From an uncultured Lentisphaerota bacterium (GTDB taxonomy: Bacteria; Verrucomicrobiota; Kiritimatiellia; CAIQIC01): a stretch of 64,000 nucleotides of DNA. The translations under genes were made by a program, and so were the position numbers. The stretch is taken from contig CAIWHP010000042.1 of assembly GCA_903912445.1 (NCBI GenBank), positions 8,907 through 72,906 of the forward strand, written 5' to 3'. Shown in pieces: positions 1 to 10,085 of the stretch. Position 1 is the first letter of the stretch; each line of letters opens with the position of its first letter. The notes beneath the pieces were generated by a model. That model was not told where the DNA came from and did no database searches. It saw nothing but the letters and a program-made list of their open reading frames with translations.

Positions 1-268
1 TCCGCCGCGCGCAGGAACGGGCTTTATGCCCGCGGCCGGACGGCGAAAACGGCGCGCATGATGCCGACGCCCCCGCCCCAACGCAAGGCAAATCAGCCCA
101 CGCACGGCGTTTTCCAAGGGCCTGGAAACCCGCGCCGGCCGGCTGCCCAGCCCTGGCTGAACCCGGCGCCAGGCCGGCCTTGCACGGGCGGAATACGCCG
201 GGTGAGCGCGCTGCCGGGAATGCAAAAGGATTGCCGCGGCGCGGGCGGGCGGCTACGGTGCCGCCACG

Positions 269-1126
269 ATGTGGACGCGGGCGACCAAAACCGACACGGT
301 GAGTTCGTGGCAGGAGTTCGAGCGCGACGACCTGCTGGCGACGCTGCACGTCCATGTCTTCTGCGCCTACCGCTCGCGCCTCGGTCCCGCTTGGTCGTGC
401 CAGCGCTCCTGCGATTCGCGGTCGCGCCTCTATTTTGTCCACGGCGGCGCAGGCGAGCTGCGGCATCACGACGGCGTCTTCCGTTTGCGCCCCGGCGGCC
501 TCTATCTGCTTCCCGCCGGCACACCGCACGATCACCGCTGCCAGCGCCGGCTTGATCTTTCGTGGTGCCACTTCGCGGCGACGCTGCACACGGGCCTCGA
601 TCTGTTTGCGCGGATGCAGGTGCCGTTCGAGCTGCGGCCCGCCGCCGCGGCACGTGTCCCGGACCTTTTCGCCGACCTGATCCGCCTCTATCACGACGAC
701 TCGCTCGGCGCGGTGCTGCGCCGCTCCGGCCTGCTGCTGCAACTGCTCGCGCTGTTTTTGGAGCAGGCCGATATGGCCGCGTGGAACCGCTGGCATACGC
801 GCGCCGCCGCCTTCGCGCCCGCGCTCGCGGAGATCGAGCGGCGGCTGCACGAGCCGATCGCCATCGCCGAGCTGGCGCAACGCCTGCACCGGCATCCCGC
901 CACATTCACACGCGCCTTCAAGGCCGCGCTCGGCGTCGCGCCGCACCAATATCAGTTGCGGCGCCGCATCGAGGCCGCGCAGCTCGCGCTCGCGCAAGGC
1001 GATGACAAGCTGGAAACCATTGGCACCGGCCTCGGCTTCGGCGACGCGTTCCATTTCTCGCGCGTCTTCAAGAAGATCACCGGCCTCGCGCCCGCCCGCT
1101 ACCGCGAGCTGATCCGCTCGCCGTGA
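269..1126 (+). CDS. AraC-family transcriptional regulator
   Basis: N-terminal cupin-like ligand domain. C-terminal double HTH with the AraC signature (GFGDAFHFSRVFKKITGLAPARYR). Confidence 0.93.
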   Translation: MWTRATKTDTVSSWQEFERDDLLATLHVHVFCAYRSRLGPAWSCQRSCDSRSRLYFVHGGAGELRHHDGVFRLRPGGLYLLPAGTPHDHRCQRRLDLSWCHFAATLHTGLDLFARMQVPFELRPAAAARVPDLFADLIRLYHDDSLGAVLRRSGLLLQLLALFLEQADMAAWNRWHTRAAAFAPALAEIERRLHEPIAIAELAQRLHRHPATFTRAFKAALGVAPHQYQLRRRIEAAQLALAQGDDKLETIGTGLGFGDAFHFSRVFKKITGLAPARYRELIRSP

Positions 1127-1168
1127 GCGCGCGGTCATTTTCATCCATGCCGCCGCCCGCTCCGTGCA

Positions 1169-1197
1169 TGGACAGCCACGCGCCGCTTTTCTATGGT
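1169..1197 (+). promoter_or_regulatory. Putative sigma70-like promoter of the glycosidase operon
   Basis: TGGACA(1169-1174)-17 bp-TATGGT(1192-1197), followed by AAGGAAG before ATG 1230. Confidence 0.45.
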
Positions 1198-1229
1198 GGT
1201 AGCGTGCTGATCACAAAAGGAAGTGCGAC

Positions 1230-3830
1230 ATGAAAAAGTTGCTTGGCTGGGCCCTGGCGCTGGCGTGCACCGGCTGCATGTCGGCGCACGGGGTGCGCAC
1301 CGGCGGGGAACGGGTCGCGGCTGGGTCCGGTACCGTGCCGGTGACGGACCGCGTGGACTGGCCGGCGTTCCTCGCCCGGCACGATCTCGTCTGGGAGACG
1401 TTGCCAACGAAGTTCGACTATGGCGCGTTCCTCGGCAATGGCCTGCTCGGTACGATGATATACCGCGACGGCGACAACCGGCTCCGGTTCGAGATGGGCC
1501 GCGCCGATGTCACCGAACACCGGCGCGACAACAACCGTCTCCCCATCGGCGGCCTGGTACTCGAAACCGTCGGCAAAATTCAAGACGGCACGCTGCGGCT
1601 CGACCTGTGGAACGCCGAGGTGCGCGGCACCGTCACCACCGACAAGGGCACGCTCCGGTTCGACACCTACATCCATGCTGACCTGATGACGATGGTGCTC
1701 GATCTCGAAACCAGTGCCGGCGAACAGGGTGCCAGGTTTGCCTGGGAGCCCGGTCACGGTCAGGACAAGCGCAACCAACAGAAGTTCAAAGACCCACCCA
1801 ACCCACCGGCCACGGCGGAGACGATTGATGGCCTGCCGGTGTGTGTTCAGCCCCGGTACGCGGGTGGCGAATTCGCCACGGCTTGGAAGGAACTCGCGAC
1901 GCCGAGGAACCGCCGCGTCTATCTAAGCATCGCCGACTCGTTCCCCGGCAACTCGGCGCGGCGGGAGGTTGTCGCGACGGTCCTGCAGAGCGCAGCCGCA
2001 GACCCCCTCCTGCTCGTGACGCGTCACCGGGCGTGGTGGCACAAGTTGTACCCAAAGAGCTTCGTGTCAGTGCCCGATCCCAAGCTGGAGAGCTTCTACT
2101 GGATTCAGTTCTACAAGCTCGCCTCCGCGTCGCGGCCCGACCGGGTGCCGGTGGATTTGCTCGGACCGTGGTTCCGCGATACCGGTTGGCCGCGCATCTG
2201 GTGGAACCTGAACATCCAGACGCTCTACCTGCCGGTGTACACAGCCAACCAGCTCGAACTCGGCGAGTCGTTCGTCCGGTTTCTCGACACCAAGCGCGCC
2301 AACTTTGTCCGCAACGCAAAGGAAATTTACGGCTTCGACGATTGCGCGACCGTCCCACACACGACCGACTACGAGGGTCTGCGCGGCGATGGTTCGTGCG
2401 CGCCCGATCACTACATCAATCCCGGCGACTTTACCTGGGCGCTCCACAACTATTACCAGCACTACCGTTACTCGATGGACCACGCCCTCGTCACGAACCA
2501 GACACAACACGCTTTCTATCCGCTGCTGCGCGGCAGCATCAACCTGTATCTACGCCTCCTGAAGAAAGGCGACGACGGCAAGCTGCACCTGCCGGTGTTG
2601 CACTCGCCCGAGTACGGCAATGCCGCCGACAACAACTACAACCTCGCGCTTCTGCGCTGGGGTTGTCAGGCCCTGATCGAGTTGAATCAACGCTACCAGC
2701 TCAACGACCCGCTGCTGCCCAAGTGGCAGGAAACAATGGCCATCCTCGCACCATATCCCGTGGACGAAAACGGCCTGCGCATCGGCGCCGACATGGCGTT
2801 CACCAAATCCCACCGGCACTGGTCGCACATCCTCATGGTGCATCCGCTCCACATCATGGACGCCAACGATCCTGCCCATCGTGATCTGCTCTACAAATCC
2901 ATCCACCACTGGCTCACCGTGGACGGCAGCCGCGGCGTCTATGGCTGGTCGAGGGCCGCCGCCGCGTCGCTCTACGCCGCGCTCGGCGACGGCGACAACG
3001 CCCTCGCCAGCATCCACCAACACATGGCCGACAAACGATTCGTCCGCCCCAACACGATGTACATCGAAGGCAGCCCGGTCATCGAATGTTCCATCGTCCT
3101 CGCCCGTTCGCTCCAAGACATGCTCCTCCAAAGCCACAGCAACCTCATCCGCGTTTTCCCCGCCGTCCCCGGCACATGGACCAACGCTGTCTTCCATAAC
3201 CTCCGCGCCGAAGGCGCCTTCCTCGTCAGCGCCGAACGCAAAGCCGGCAAGACGCGATGGATCCGCATCAAAAGCCTCGCCGGCGAGCCGTGCCGGGTGT
3301 GGGTGGATGGGCAGGTGCAGGAACTGCGGCTGGCGAAGGGCGAAGAGACCCTGCTTGGCGACAGCCCCGGCGTTATCGCGCCCTTGCCGGTTGCCCCTGC
3401 CGACGCCAATCCGCACGGCCTGAAGAAAGCCAAAGTTGATACGGTCGCGCTCTCGAACGGCAAACCGGCAAAAGCATCGAGCGTCTGGAGCACCGCCCTC
3501 AACGCCGCGAAAGCGTTTGACGGCGACGAGGCCACGCGCTGGGGCGCCGCGCCCGGGTCGCGCAGCGGTTGGCTCGCAGTTGACCTCGGCACGCCCACTC
3601 CGGTCAACCGCGCCGTGATCAAGGAGCTCGGATTCCCCCGCACCCAGCAATTCGCCGTCGAGTACAAAGCCGGCGACGCATGGCAACCGTTGGTCACCGG
3701 CACCACCATTGCCGGCGCCAAGTCGTTCGACTTTCCAGCCGTCACCGCGCGCCACTTCCGCCTGAACATCCTCAAGGCCGGCGAAGTCCCGACCCTCGAG
3801 GAATTTCAACTGCTAAACACCACCAAGTGA
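1230..3830 (+). CDS. GH95-like glycoside hydrolase (alpha-L-fucosidase-like) with C-terminal F5/8 type C (CBM32-like) domain
   Basis: Lipoprotein-like signal (LALACTGC). Motifs FLGNGLLG, WWNLNIQ, SHRHWSH, DMLLQSH..IRVFPAVP, NLRAEGAFLVSA. C-terminal ASS..AFDGDEATRW..LAVDLG discoidin motif. Confidence 0.82.
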   Translation: MKKLLGWALALACTGCMSAHGVRTGGERVAAGSGTVPVTDRVDWPAFLARHDLVWETLPTKFDYGAFLGNGLLGTMIYRDGDNRLRFEMGRADVTEHRRDNNRLPIGGLVLETVGKIQDGTLRLDLWNAEVRGTVTTDKGTLRFDTYIHADLMTMVLDLETSAGEQGARFAWEPGHGQDKRNQQKFKDPPNPPATAETIDGLPVCVQPRYAGGEFATAWKELATPRNRRVYLSIADSFPGNSARREVVATVLQSAAADPLLLVTRHRAWWHKLYPKSFVSVPDPKLESFYWIQFYKLASASRPDRVPVDLLGPWFRDTGWPRIWWNLNIQTLYLPVYTANQLELGESFVRFLDTKRANFVRNAKEIYGFDDCATVPHTTDYEGLRGDGSCAPDHYINPGDFTWALHNYYQHYRYSMDHALVTNQTQHAFYPLLRGSINLYLRLLKKGDDGKLHLPVLHSPEYGNAADNNYNLALLRWGCQALIELNQRYQLNDPLLPKWQETMAILAPYPVDENGLRIGADMAFTKSHRHWSHILMVHPLHIMDANDPAHRDLLYKSIHHWLTVDGSRGVYGWSRAAAASLYAALGDGDNALASIHQHMADKRFVRPNTMYIEGSPVIECSIVLARSLQDMLLQSHSNLIRVFPAVPGTWTNAVFHNLRAEGAFLVSAERKAGKTRWIRIKSLAGEPCRVWVDGQVQELRLAKGEETLLGDSPGVIAPLPVAPADANPHGLKKAKVDTVALSNGKPAKASSVWSTALNAAKAFDGDEATRWGAAPGSRSGWLAVDLGTPTPVNRAVIKELGFPRTQQFAVEYKAGDAWQPLVTGTTIAGAKSFDFPAVTARHFRLNILKAGEVPTLEEFQLLNTTK

Positions 3831-3840
3831 TCGGAGAGAG

Positions 3841-6800
3841 ATGAAAACAAAAACACTCGCAACGCTTCTGTTGGCTCTCGCGTGCGCCGGCTGCATCACG
3901 GGAGCGGTGCGCATCAGCGACGCGCGGGTGCAGGAGTTGCAAAACCAGCGCTTCGGCATGTTCATCTGCTGGAGCTTCTCGACGTTCTCCGGCAAGGAGT
4001 GGACGCCGGGCGTGACCAACATCAATTTCTTCCGCGCGACGGAGTGCGACACCGAGCAGTGGGCGCGCACCGCCAAGGAAGCGGGCATGGGCTACATCCT
4101 GTTCCTGACGAAGCACCACGACGGCTTCTGCCTCTGGGATACCAAGACTACCGACCGCAAAGTCACCAAGGCGCCGCTGGGTTGCGACGTGCTCGCGGAG
4201 TTGAAGAAGTCCTGCGACAAGCACGGCATCAAGCTCGCGCTCTATTTTTCCGAGGGCGAGTGGCGCCAGCCAGGCGGACTGGACGATCCCGCCACACCCG
4301 AGCCCAAGAAGAGGAATCAGGGCGGTACGAATGCGGAACTGAAGAAGGCGCAGCTTAAGGAACTGCTGACGCAATGCGGCCCGGTTGAATACATCTGGTT
4401 CGACCATGCCGTGGGCGATGGCGGCTTGAGCCATGCCGAGACGGTGGCGTGGTGCAAGCAGTTCCAGCCCGGCTGCTTCATCGGCTTCAACCACGGCGAG
4501 CAGGGCGAGGCCGATATCCGCCTCGGCGAGATGGGCCGGCCCGGTCCGCTCGGCGACCACAGCGCCGCCGGCCCGCACATGAAAAATCCGGCGGGAAAAA
4601 ATTATCGCCTCGCCGAGTTCACCTATCCGATCCTGCCCAAGCACAAGGGCGGCGCGATGTGGTTCTACTCGCTGCCGGAGCACGATGGCCTCTGCATGAG
4701 CGCGGAGAAAATCTACGCGGACTATCTCGGCGCGAAAAAATTCGGCAACGTCTTCGCGCTCGATGTGGGCCCCGACTACCGCGGCCGCATCCGCGACATT
4801 GACGTGGTGACCCTGCGCAAGGTTGGCGAACTGATCCGCACCGGCGCGCCGCTGCCGGAGCCGATCCGCGCGTTCTGCGTGGACTTCAACTGGGGACCGG
4901 GCGGGCCGAACGGCTTCGCGCCGCCGGGGCTCTGGGCCGACGCCGATCCCGCGCAGCATGTGGCGTGGTACGCCGGGCTCGGCGCAAATGTGCTCCAGAC
5001 GTTCGCCGTCTCGTGCAACGGCTACGCGTGGTACAAGGGCGGAAAAATTCCCGCGCAGCCCGGACTGAAAAGCGATTTCCTGCCCGAGGTCGTGAAGCTC
5101 GGTCACGCCAAGGGCATGCAGGTCATGGGCTATTTCTGCATCGCCGCCAACACACGCTGGGGCGCAGAGCATCCCGACTTGAGCTACGGCACGCCAAGCG
5201 CCTATCACATTCCTTTCACCGACGCGTATTTGGACTATCTCGCCGTCGCCATCGAGGAAGCTCTGGCCAAGAGCGGCATGGATGGCTTCATGGTGGACTG
5301 GCTGTGGAATCCCGCCGACAAGGTGCGCGCCGGCAAGTGGCTGAACGCAGAGAAAAAACTTTTCGAGCAGCTCACCGGCCAGCCGTTCCCCGGCGAGGAC
5401 AAGCTGACGGCGGAGGCGAAGCTCGCCTACGAGCGGAAAGCGCTGGATCGCTGCTGGGAGCGGATCCGCTCGACGGCGAAGCGCGTGAAACCCGACGGCA
5501 TCATCTGGCTTTCGTGCAACAAGGTGTCCGATCCGACCATCGCCGGCTCGCCGCTGCTCAAGGAGCTTGACTGGATGATGGACGAGAGCGGCACGCCGGA
5601 CGCGATGCGCGCCGTCGCGCCGATGTTCGGCGCGAAGACGCGGCAACTGCTCTGCGTCGTCGGCTGGGGCGACCGGCACGACGCGCGGAAAATTGTTTCC
5701 GACGCCGCCAACGGCGACTTCGGCATCTACGGTTTCAGCCGCCCCGGCACCAATTCGCTGCCGCTGCCCATCGCGACCTACGCAACCCAGCCGCCCGACT
5801 CCTTCAGGGGCAATGACCGTAACATCGCCGTGCTCGCGCGGCTCTTCAACGGCCAGCCATTGCCGCCGCCCGCCAGCTCCGCTGTTTTGCCCGCGGGCAT
5901 GAAGGTGCGCGCATCGAGCGAGTGGAACGCCGAATATTCTGCCGCTAAAGCCTGCGATGGCGATGAAAGCACGCGCTGGGGCGCGGCTCCGGAGTCGCGC
6001 GCGGGCTGGCTTGAGGTTGATCTCGGCGCAGAAAAAGAAATCAACCGCGCGCTGGTGATGGAACTTGGCCATCACCGGACCGAACAGTTCGCCATCGAAT
6101 GCAAGGCGGGGGCCGCATGGAAGCCGCTCGTCACGGGCACAACGATTGCCGGACGGCGCGTCTATGATTTTGCGCCGGAGAAGGCGCGCGTTTTCCGGCT
6201 GAACATCATCAAGGCGAGCGAAGTCCCGACCATCGAGGAATTCCAGTTGCTCGCGCCCGGCGCGAAACTGCCGGAGGCGCTGGAGAAGGCGAAGCAGGAC
6301 GAAGCCAAGCGCGCCGCGCGGCTGCAGTGGTTCCACGAGGCGAAGTACGGTTTCTTCATCAACTGGGGGCTCTATTCCATCCCCGCCGGCGAGTGGAAGG
6401 GCCAGAAGATCGGCGGCATCGGCGAGTGGATCATGCACAACGCGCGCATCCCGGTGAAGGAATATGAGCAGCTCGCGCAGCAGTTCAATCCGGCGAAGTT
6501 CAACGCCGACGAGTGGGCGCAGCTCGCCGCCGACGCCGGCATGAAGTACGTCGTGTTCGACTGCAAGCACCACGACGGCTTCGCGCTCTATCGCTCCGCC
6601 GTCAGCAAATACAATTGCTTCGACGGCACGCCGTGGCATCGCGACCCGTTCAAGGAATTGCAGGCGGCGTGCGCCAGGCGCGGCCTGAAATTCTGCTTCT
6701 ACTACTCGCAGGCGACCGACTGGCACGAGCCGAATGGCGCGAACAACAACTGGGACTTTCCGCCAAACCCACAGAAGGATTTCGACCAGTACTTCCGCGA

Positions 6801-7572
6801 CAAATCCATGCCGCAGGTCCGCGAGCTGCTGACCAACTACGGGCCCATCGGCCTGATTTGGTTCGACGTGCCGACCTTGATGACGCCCGCGCGCTGCCAG
6901 CAGCTCGTGGATCTTGTCCGCACGCTCCAGCCGGATACGCTCATCAACAGCCGCCTCGGCCCCGGCGGGTTGCAGGATTATCAGTCGCGCGGCGACAACG
7001 AAATTCCGCACACCGTCACGCCTGGCGCGTGGGAGACCGCCGCAACGATCAACGACACGTGGGGCTACAAGAAGGATGACCAGCGCTGGAAGACGCCCGA
7101 GGACATCTGCTTCAAGCTCGTGGATATCGTCAGCAAGGGCGGAAACTACCTGCTCAACGTCGGCCCCGATGGCGAGGGCGCGATTCCGCAGCCGAGCCAG
7201 GACATCCTCCGCACGGTCGGCGCGTGGCTCAAGCGCAACGGCGACGCGATCTACGGCGCGGGCCGCACGCCGTTCGGCGACGAGCTCGGCAGCTACGACC
7301 CCGCGAAAAAGGACAAGAAAGGCCGCCCCGCCTTCAACGCCAAGACCGACTGGCGCTGCACCACCAAGCCTGGAAAACTTTTCATCCACTTCTTCAAATG
7401 GCCCGCCGGGAAATTCGAACTCGCCGGCGTGAAAGAGAAAATCGCGCAGGTCTCGTTGCTCGCCACACACCAGCCGCTGCCCTTCACACAGGACGGCGAA
7501 AAGGTCAGCGTGACGCTCCCAGAAAAAGCCCTCGATGCGCTGGCGACCGTGCTGTGCCTGGAAACAAAATGA
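3841..7572 (+). CDS. Multimodular glycoside hydrolase: GH29 + GHL6/GH151-like TIM barrel + F5/8C + GH29
   Basis: Two GH29 motif sets (FGMFICW..TKHHDGFCLW..IWFD; YGFFINWG..KHHDGF..IWFD..YLLNVGP). They flank a second barrel (GANVLQTFAVSCNGYAWY..DFLPEVVKLGHAKGMQVMGYF..DGFMVDW) and a discoidin domain. Confidence 0.85.
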   Translation: MKTKTLATLLLALACAGCITGAVRISDARVQELQNQRFGMFICWSFSTFSGKEWTPGVTNINFFRATECDTEQWARTAKEAGMGYILFLTKHHDGFCLWDTKTTDRKVTKAPLGCDVLAELKKSCDKHGIKLALYFSEGEWRQPGGLDDPATPEPKKRNQGGTNAELKKAQLKELLTQCGPVEYIWFDHAVGDGGLSHAETVAWCKQFQPGCFIGFNHGEQGEADIRLGEMGRPGPLGDHSAAGPHMKNPAGKNYRLAEFTYPILPKHKGGAMWFYSLPEHDGLCMSAEKIYADYLGAKKFGNVFALDVGPDYRGRIRDIDVVTLRKVGELIRTGAPLPEPIRAFCVDFNWGPGGPNGFAPPGLWADADPAQHVAWYAGLGANVLQTFAVSCNGYAWYKGGKIPAQPGLKSDFLPEVVKLGHAKGMQVMGYFCIAANTRWGAEHPDLSYGTPSAYHIPFTDAYLDYLAVAIEEALAKSGMDGFMVDWLWNPADKVRAGKWLNAEKKLFEQLTGQPFPGEDKLTAEAKLAYERKALDRCWERIRSTAKRVKPDGIIWLSCNKVSDPTIAGSPLLKELDWMMDESGTPDAMRAVAPMFGAKTRQLLCVVGWGDRHDARKIVSDAANGDFGIYGFSRPGTNSLPLPIATYATQPPDSFRGNDRNIAVLARLFNGQPLPPPASSAVLPAGMKVRASSEWNAEYSAAKACDGDESTRWGAAPESRAGWLEVDLGAEKEINRALVMELGHHRTEQFAIECKAGAAWKPLVTGTTIAGRRVYDFAPEKARVFRLNIIKASEVPTIEEFQLLAPGAKLPEALEKAKQDEAKRAARLQWFHEAKYGFFINWGLYSIPAGEWKGQKIGGIGEWIMHNARIPVKEYEQLAQQFNPAKFNADEWAQLAADAGMKYVVFDCKHHDGFALYRSAVSKYNCFDGTPWHRDPFKELQAACARRGLKFCFYYSQATDWHEPNGANNNWDFPPNPQKDFDQYFRDKSMPQVRELLTNYGPIGLIWFDVPTLMTPARCQQLVDLVRTLQPDTLINSRLGPGGLQDYQSRGDNEIPHTVTPGAWETAATINDTWGYKKDDQRWKTPEDICFKLVDIVSKGGNYLLNVGPDGEGAIPQPSQDILRTVGAWLKRNGDAIYGAGRTPFGDELGSYDPAKKDKKGRPAFNAKTDWRCTTKPGKLFIHFFKWPAGKFELAGVKEKIAQVSLLATHQPLPFTQDGEKVSVTLPEKALDALATVLCLETK

Positions 7573-7588
7573 ACCGGTGCGCGCAACT

Positions 7589-7669
7589 TTTCCAACCATT
7601 GGAAACGGAAACAGCCGGGTTTTCCAAACCTTGGGAAAAGCCACGGAGGAGTTTCCCAAGGTTTGGAAA
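7589..7669. repeat. 17-bp dyad mini-array (3 units, period 32/32)
   Basis: TTTCCAACCATTGGAAA 7589, TTTCCAAACCTTGGGAA 7621, TTCCCAAGGTTTGGAAA 7653. Confidence 0.92.
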
Positions 7670-7763
7670 TTGCGCCAAAAACGAAGGAAGAGTGTGTTTG
7701 ACGAACAGTGGCGCGCATACTTCACAGTTGCTAAGCGGTGAAACCGATGAGCCCCGCGCAGGC

Positions 7764-7895
7764 ACTAGCTGGGAGCGGCGGCATTCCTGCCGCCGCAGAG
7801 GAACCGGCAGGCGAGGGCGTTGCATCCGGTGCTGTGGCTACGGCATGGCGGCCCCACTATGCAGGGCGGTGAGGACACCGCCCCTCCCAGCTAGT
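7764..7895. repeat. REP-like inverted doublet (GGAG-type)
   Basis: Perfect 12-bp terminal IR ACTAGCTGGGAG/CTCCCAGCTAGT, each arm with an internal hairpin. The right arm matches 34884-34916 at 31/33 nt (reverse complement). Confidence 0.7.
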
Positions 7896-8086
7896 CAGAC
7901 AGCCTCACCCTATTCTCAGAGCAATATCAAATTCTGGAGAGCTGGATCTCCCGCCCACAAAGCCATTCACATTCGGAACGCTAGGGCACGGCATCGGCCT
8001 GCGGGGCAGGCCTCAAGCGGGCAGAATTTTGGCGCGGATTGCAGGTGCGCTGCCCCGCAGCGCGATGCGTTTATAGAGGAGAAAGC

Positions 8087-10081
8087 ATGAAAACTCGTCG
8101 TCAACTGTGCTTGTGGACGTTGCTGCTGCTTGGTGGCGGCGGCGCGGCGTGGGCAGCGGCGCCGTTCCAGCCGACGGATGAGTCGCTCAGGCAGTATGCG
8201 TGTCCGGACTGGTTCCGCGATGCGAAGCTGGGCATCTGGGCGGTGTGGGGGCCGGAGTCGGTGCCGATGCAGGGCGATTGGTATGCGCGTAAACTCTACC
8301 TAAACGACGAAAAGGGCAGGGAAGGTCAGTCCATCGGCCAATCCCGCCATAACAAGTGGCACCTGGAGCACTACGGCCATCCCGCCACCAATGGCTTCAA
8401 GGACATCATTCCGCTCTGGCGTGCGGAGAAGTGGAACCCGGATGCGTTGATGGCGCTCTACCAGAAGGCGGGCGCGAAATATTTTTGCATGATCGCGATG
8501 CACCACGACAACTTCGATTGCTGGAACTCGAAGTTTAACCGGTGGAACTCGATCACCATGGGGCCGCGTCGCGACATCGCGGGCGAGTGGCAGCAGGCGG
8601 CGACGAAAAACGGGCTGCGCTTCGGCATGACGGAACATCTCGCGGCAAGCTGGTGGTTCTACGGCGCGACCAAGGGTGCGGACAAGACCGGCCCGCTGGC
8701 GGGTGTGCCCTACGATGGCAACGATCCGAAATTCGCGGACCTCTATTGGAGCGGGAACGATAAGACCGACTTCCACTATTACGGCACCAACGTGCCGCCG
8801 GCCTTCAAGCAGACATGGTTCGACCGCATCAAGGACATGATTGATCGTTATCACCCCGACCTGCTCTATTCCGACAGCCCGCTGCCCTATCCCGATGAAG
8901 TCGGCCGGCAACTGCTGGCGCATTACTACAACGACAACGCGCAGCGCCACGGCGGGAAAAATGAGGCGGTCTATAACTGCAAGCAGGAGGCGCAGGGTCG
9001 CTGGGTGCGCGACCTCGAACGCGGCGTCATGGAAGGCATCCATCCCGAACCGTGGCAGACCGACACGTGCGTCGGTGGCTGGTATTACGACGAGAAGGTG
9101 CTGGAGCGCCACGGCTACAAAACCCCGGCGCAGGTCATCCACATGCTCTGCGACATCGTCAGCAAGAACGGCAACCTGTTGCTCAACTTCCCGCCGCGTC
9201 CCGATGGCACGCTCGACGAGGACGAGCTGAAAATCCTCGACGCGATGGCCGCGTGGATCAACGTCAACGGAGAGGCGATCTACGGCACGCGTCCATGGAA
9301 GGTTTTTGGCGAAGGCCCGACGAAGCTCGGCAAGGGACGCCACGGTGGCCTCAACGACACCGGCAACTACAAGCCGTCCGACATCCGCTTCACCCTTCGA
9401 CAGGGCTCAGGGCAGGCCCACCAAGGCGGAACGCTCTATGCCATCGCGCTAGGGTGGCCCGAGGACGGCCAGCTCGTCGTGAAATCGCTCGCGCTCGCCG
9501 CTGGAAAAATTTCCGACGTTGCGCTGCTCGGTCACGCCGGCAAACTGGATTGGCAGCAGACCGCCGAAGGCCTCGTCGTGAAGCTACCCGCGCAAAAGCC
9601 GTGCGACCTCGCCTTTGCCTTCAAGATTACCGCCGTCGATTTGCAGCCAGTACCAGTGATCTATGACGGCAGCCTCACGCCTCGCGCCGACGGACGCTTC
9701 GTGCTTCCCGCCGCCGAGGCCACGCTTCATGGCGACACGCCGAAATATGAACACACCGCCACTAAGGATCACATCGGCTGTTGGGCTAAAGCCAACGACT
9801 TCGTTTCGTGGAACATCAAGCTGACCAAGCCCGGCACCTACGCCGTCGAAGTCACCTGCTCCTGCGCCGCGCCCGGCAGCGCCTTCACTGTCGAGGCCGG
9901 CGGCCAGACGCTCACAGGGAAGTCCGTGTCGACCGGCTCGTGGGAGACCTACCGCACCGACAACCTCGGCACGCTCAAGCTCGACCACCCCGGCACCATC
10001 ACCCTTGCCGTCAAACCCAAAGCCGACCCGAAATGGAAAGTCATCGGCCTGAAAGCTGTCACCCTCAAACCCATCGAGTGA
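8087..10081 (+). CDS. GH29 alpha-L-fucosidase with C-terminal CBM6/35-like domain
   Basis: GAGGAG RBS before ATG 8087 and a signal peptide. Motifs PDWFRDAKLGIW, HHDNF, LLYSD, DIVSKNGNLLLN. Confidence 0.9.
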   Translation: MKTRRQLCLWTLLLLGGGGAAWAAAPFQPTDESLRQYACPDWFRDAKLGIWAVWGPESVPMQGDWYARKLYLNDEKGREGQSIGQSRHNKWHLEHYGHPATNGFKDIIPLWRAEKWNPDALMALYQKAGAKYFCMIAMHHDNFDCWNSKFNRWNSITMGPRRDIAGEWQQAATKNGLRFGMTEHLAASWWFYGATKGADKTGPLAGVPYDGNDPKFADLYWSGNDKTDFHYYGTNVPPAFKQTWFDRIKDMIDRYHPDLLYSDSPLPYPDEVGRQLLAHYYNDNAQRHGGKNEAVYNCKQEAQGRWVRDLERGVMEGIHPEPWQTDTCVGGWYYDEKVLERHGYKTPAQVIHMLCDIVSKNGNLLLNFPPRPDGTLDEDELKILDAMAAWINVNGEAIYGTRPWKVFGEGPTKLGKGRHGGLNDTGNYKPSDIRFTLRQGSGQAHQGGTLYAIALGWPEDGQLVVKSLALAAGKISDVALLGHAGKLDWQQTAEGLVVKLPAQKPCDLAFAFKITAVDLQPVPVIYDGSLTPRADGRFVLPAAEATLHGDTPKYEHTATKDHIGCWAKANDFVSWNIKLTKPGTYAVEVTCSCAAPGSAFTVEAGGQTLTGKSVSTGSWETYRTDNLGTLKLDHPGTITLAVKPKADPKWKVIGLKAVTLKPIE

Positions 10082-10085
10082 AAGC

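Noticed and set aside
7589-7669. Dyad mini-arrays as CRISPR arrays
   Set aside because: Repeats are only 17 bp with variable cores, spacers are 14-15 bp, there are at most 3 units per locus, and there are no cas genes or leader.
3772-7725. Very long antisense ORFs (also 27702-31106, 37895-41782, 52638-55547)
   Set aside because: They are shadow frames of real high-GC genes, with no motifs and Arg/Ala-rich composition.
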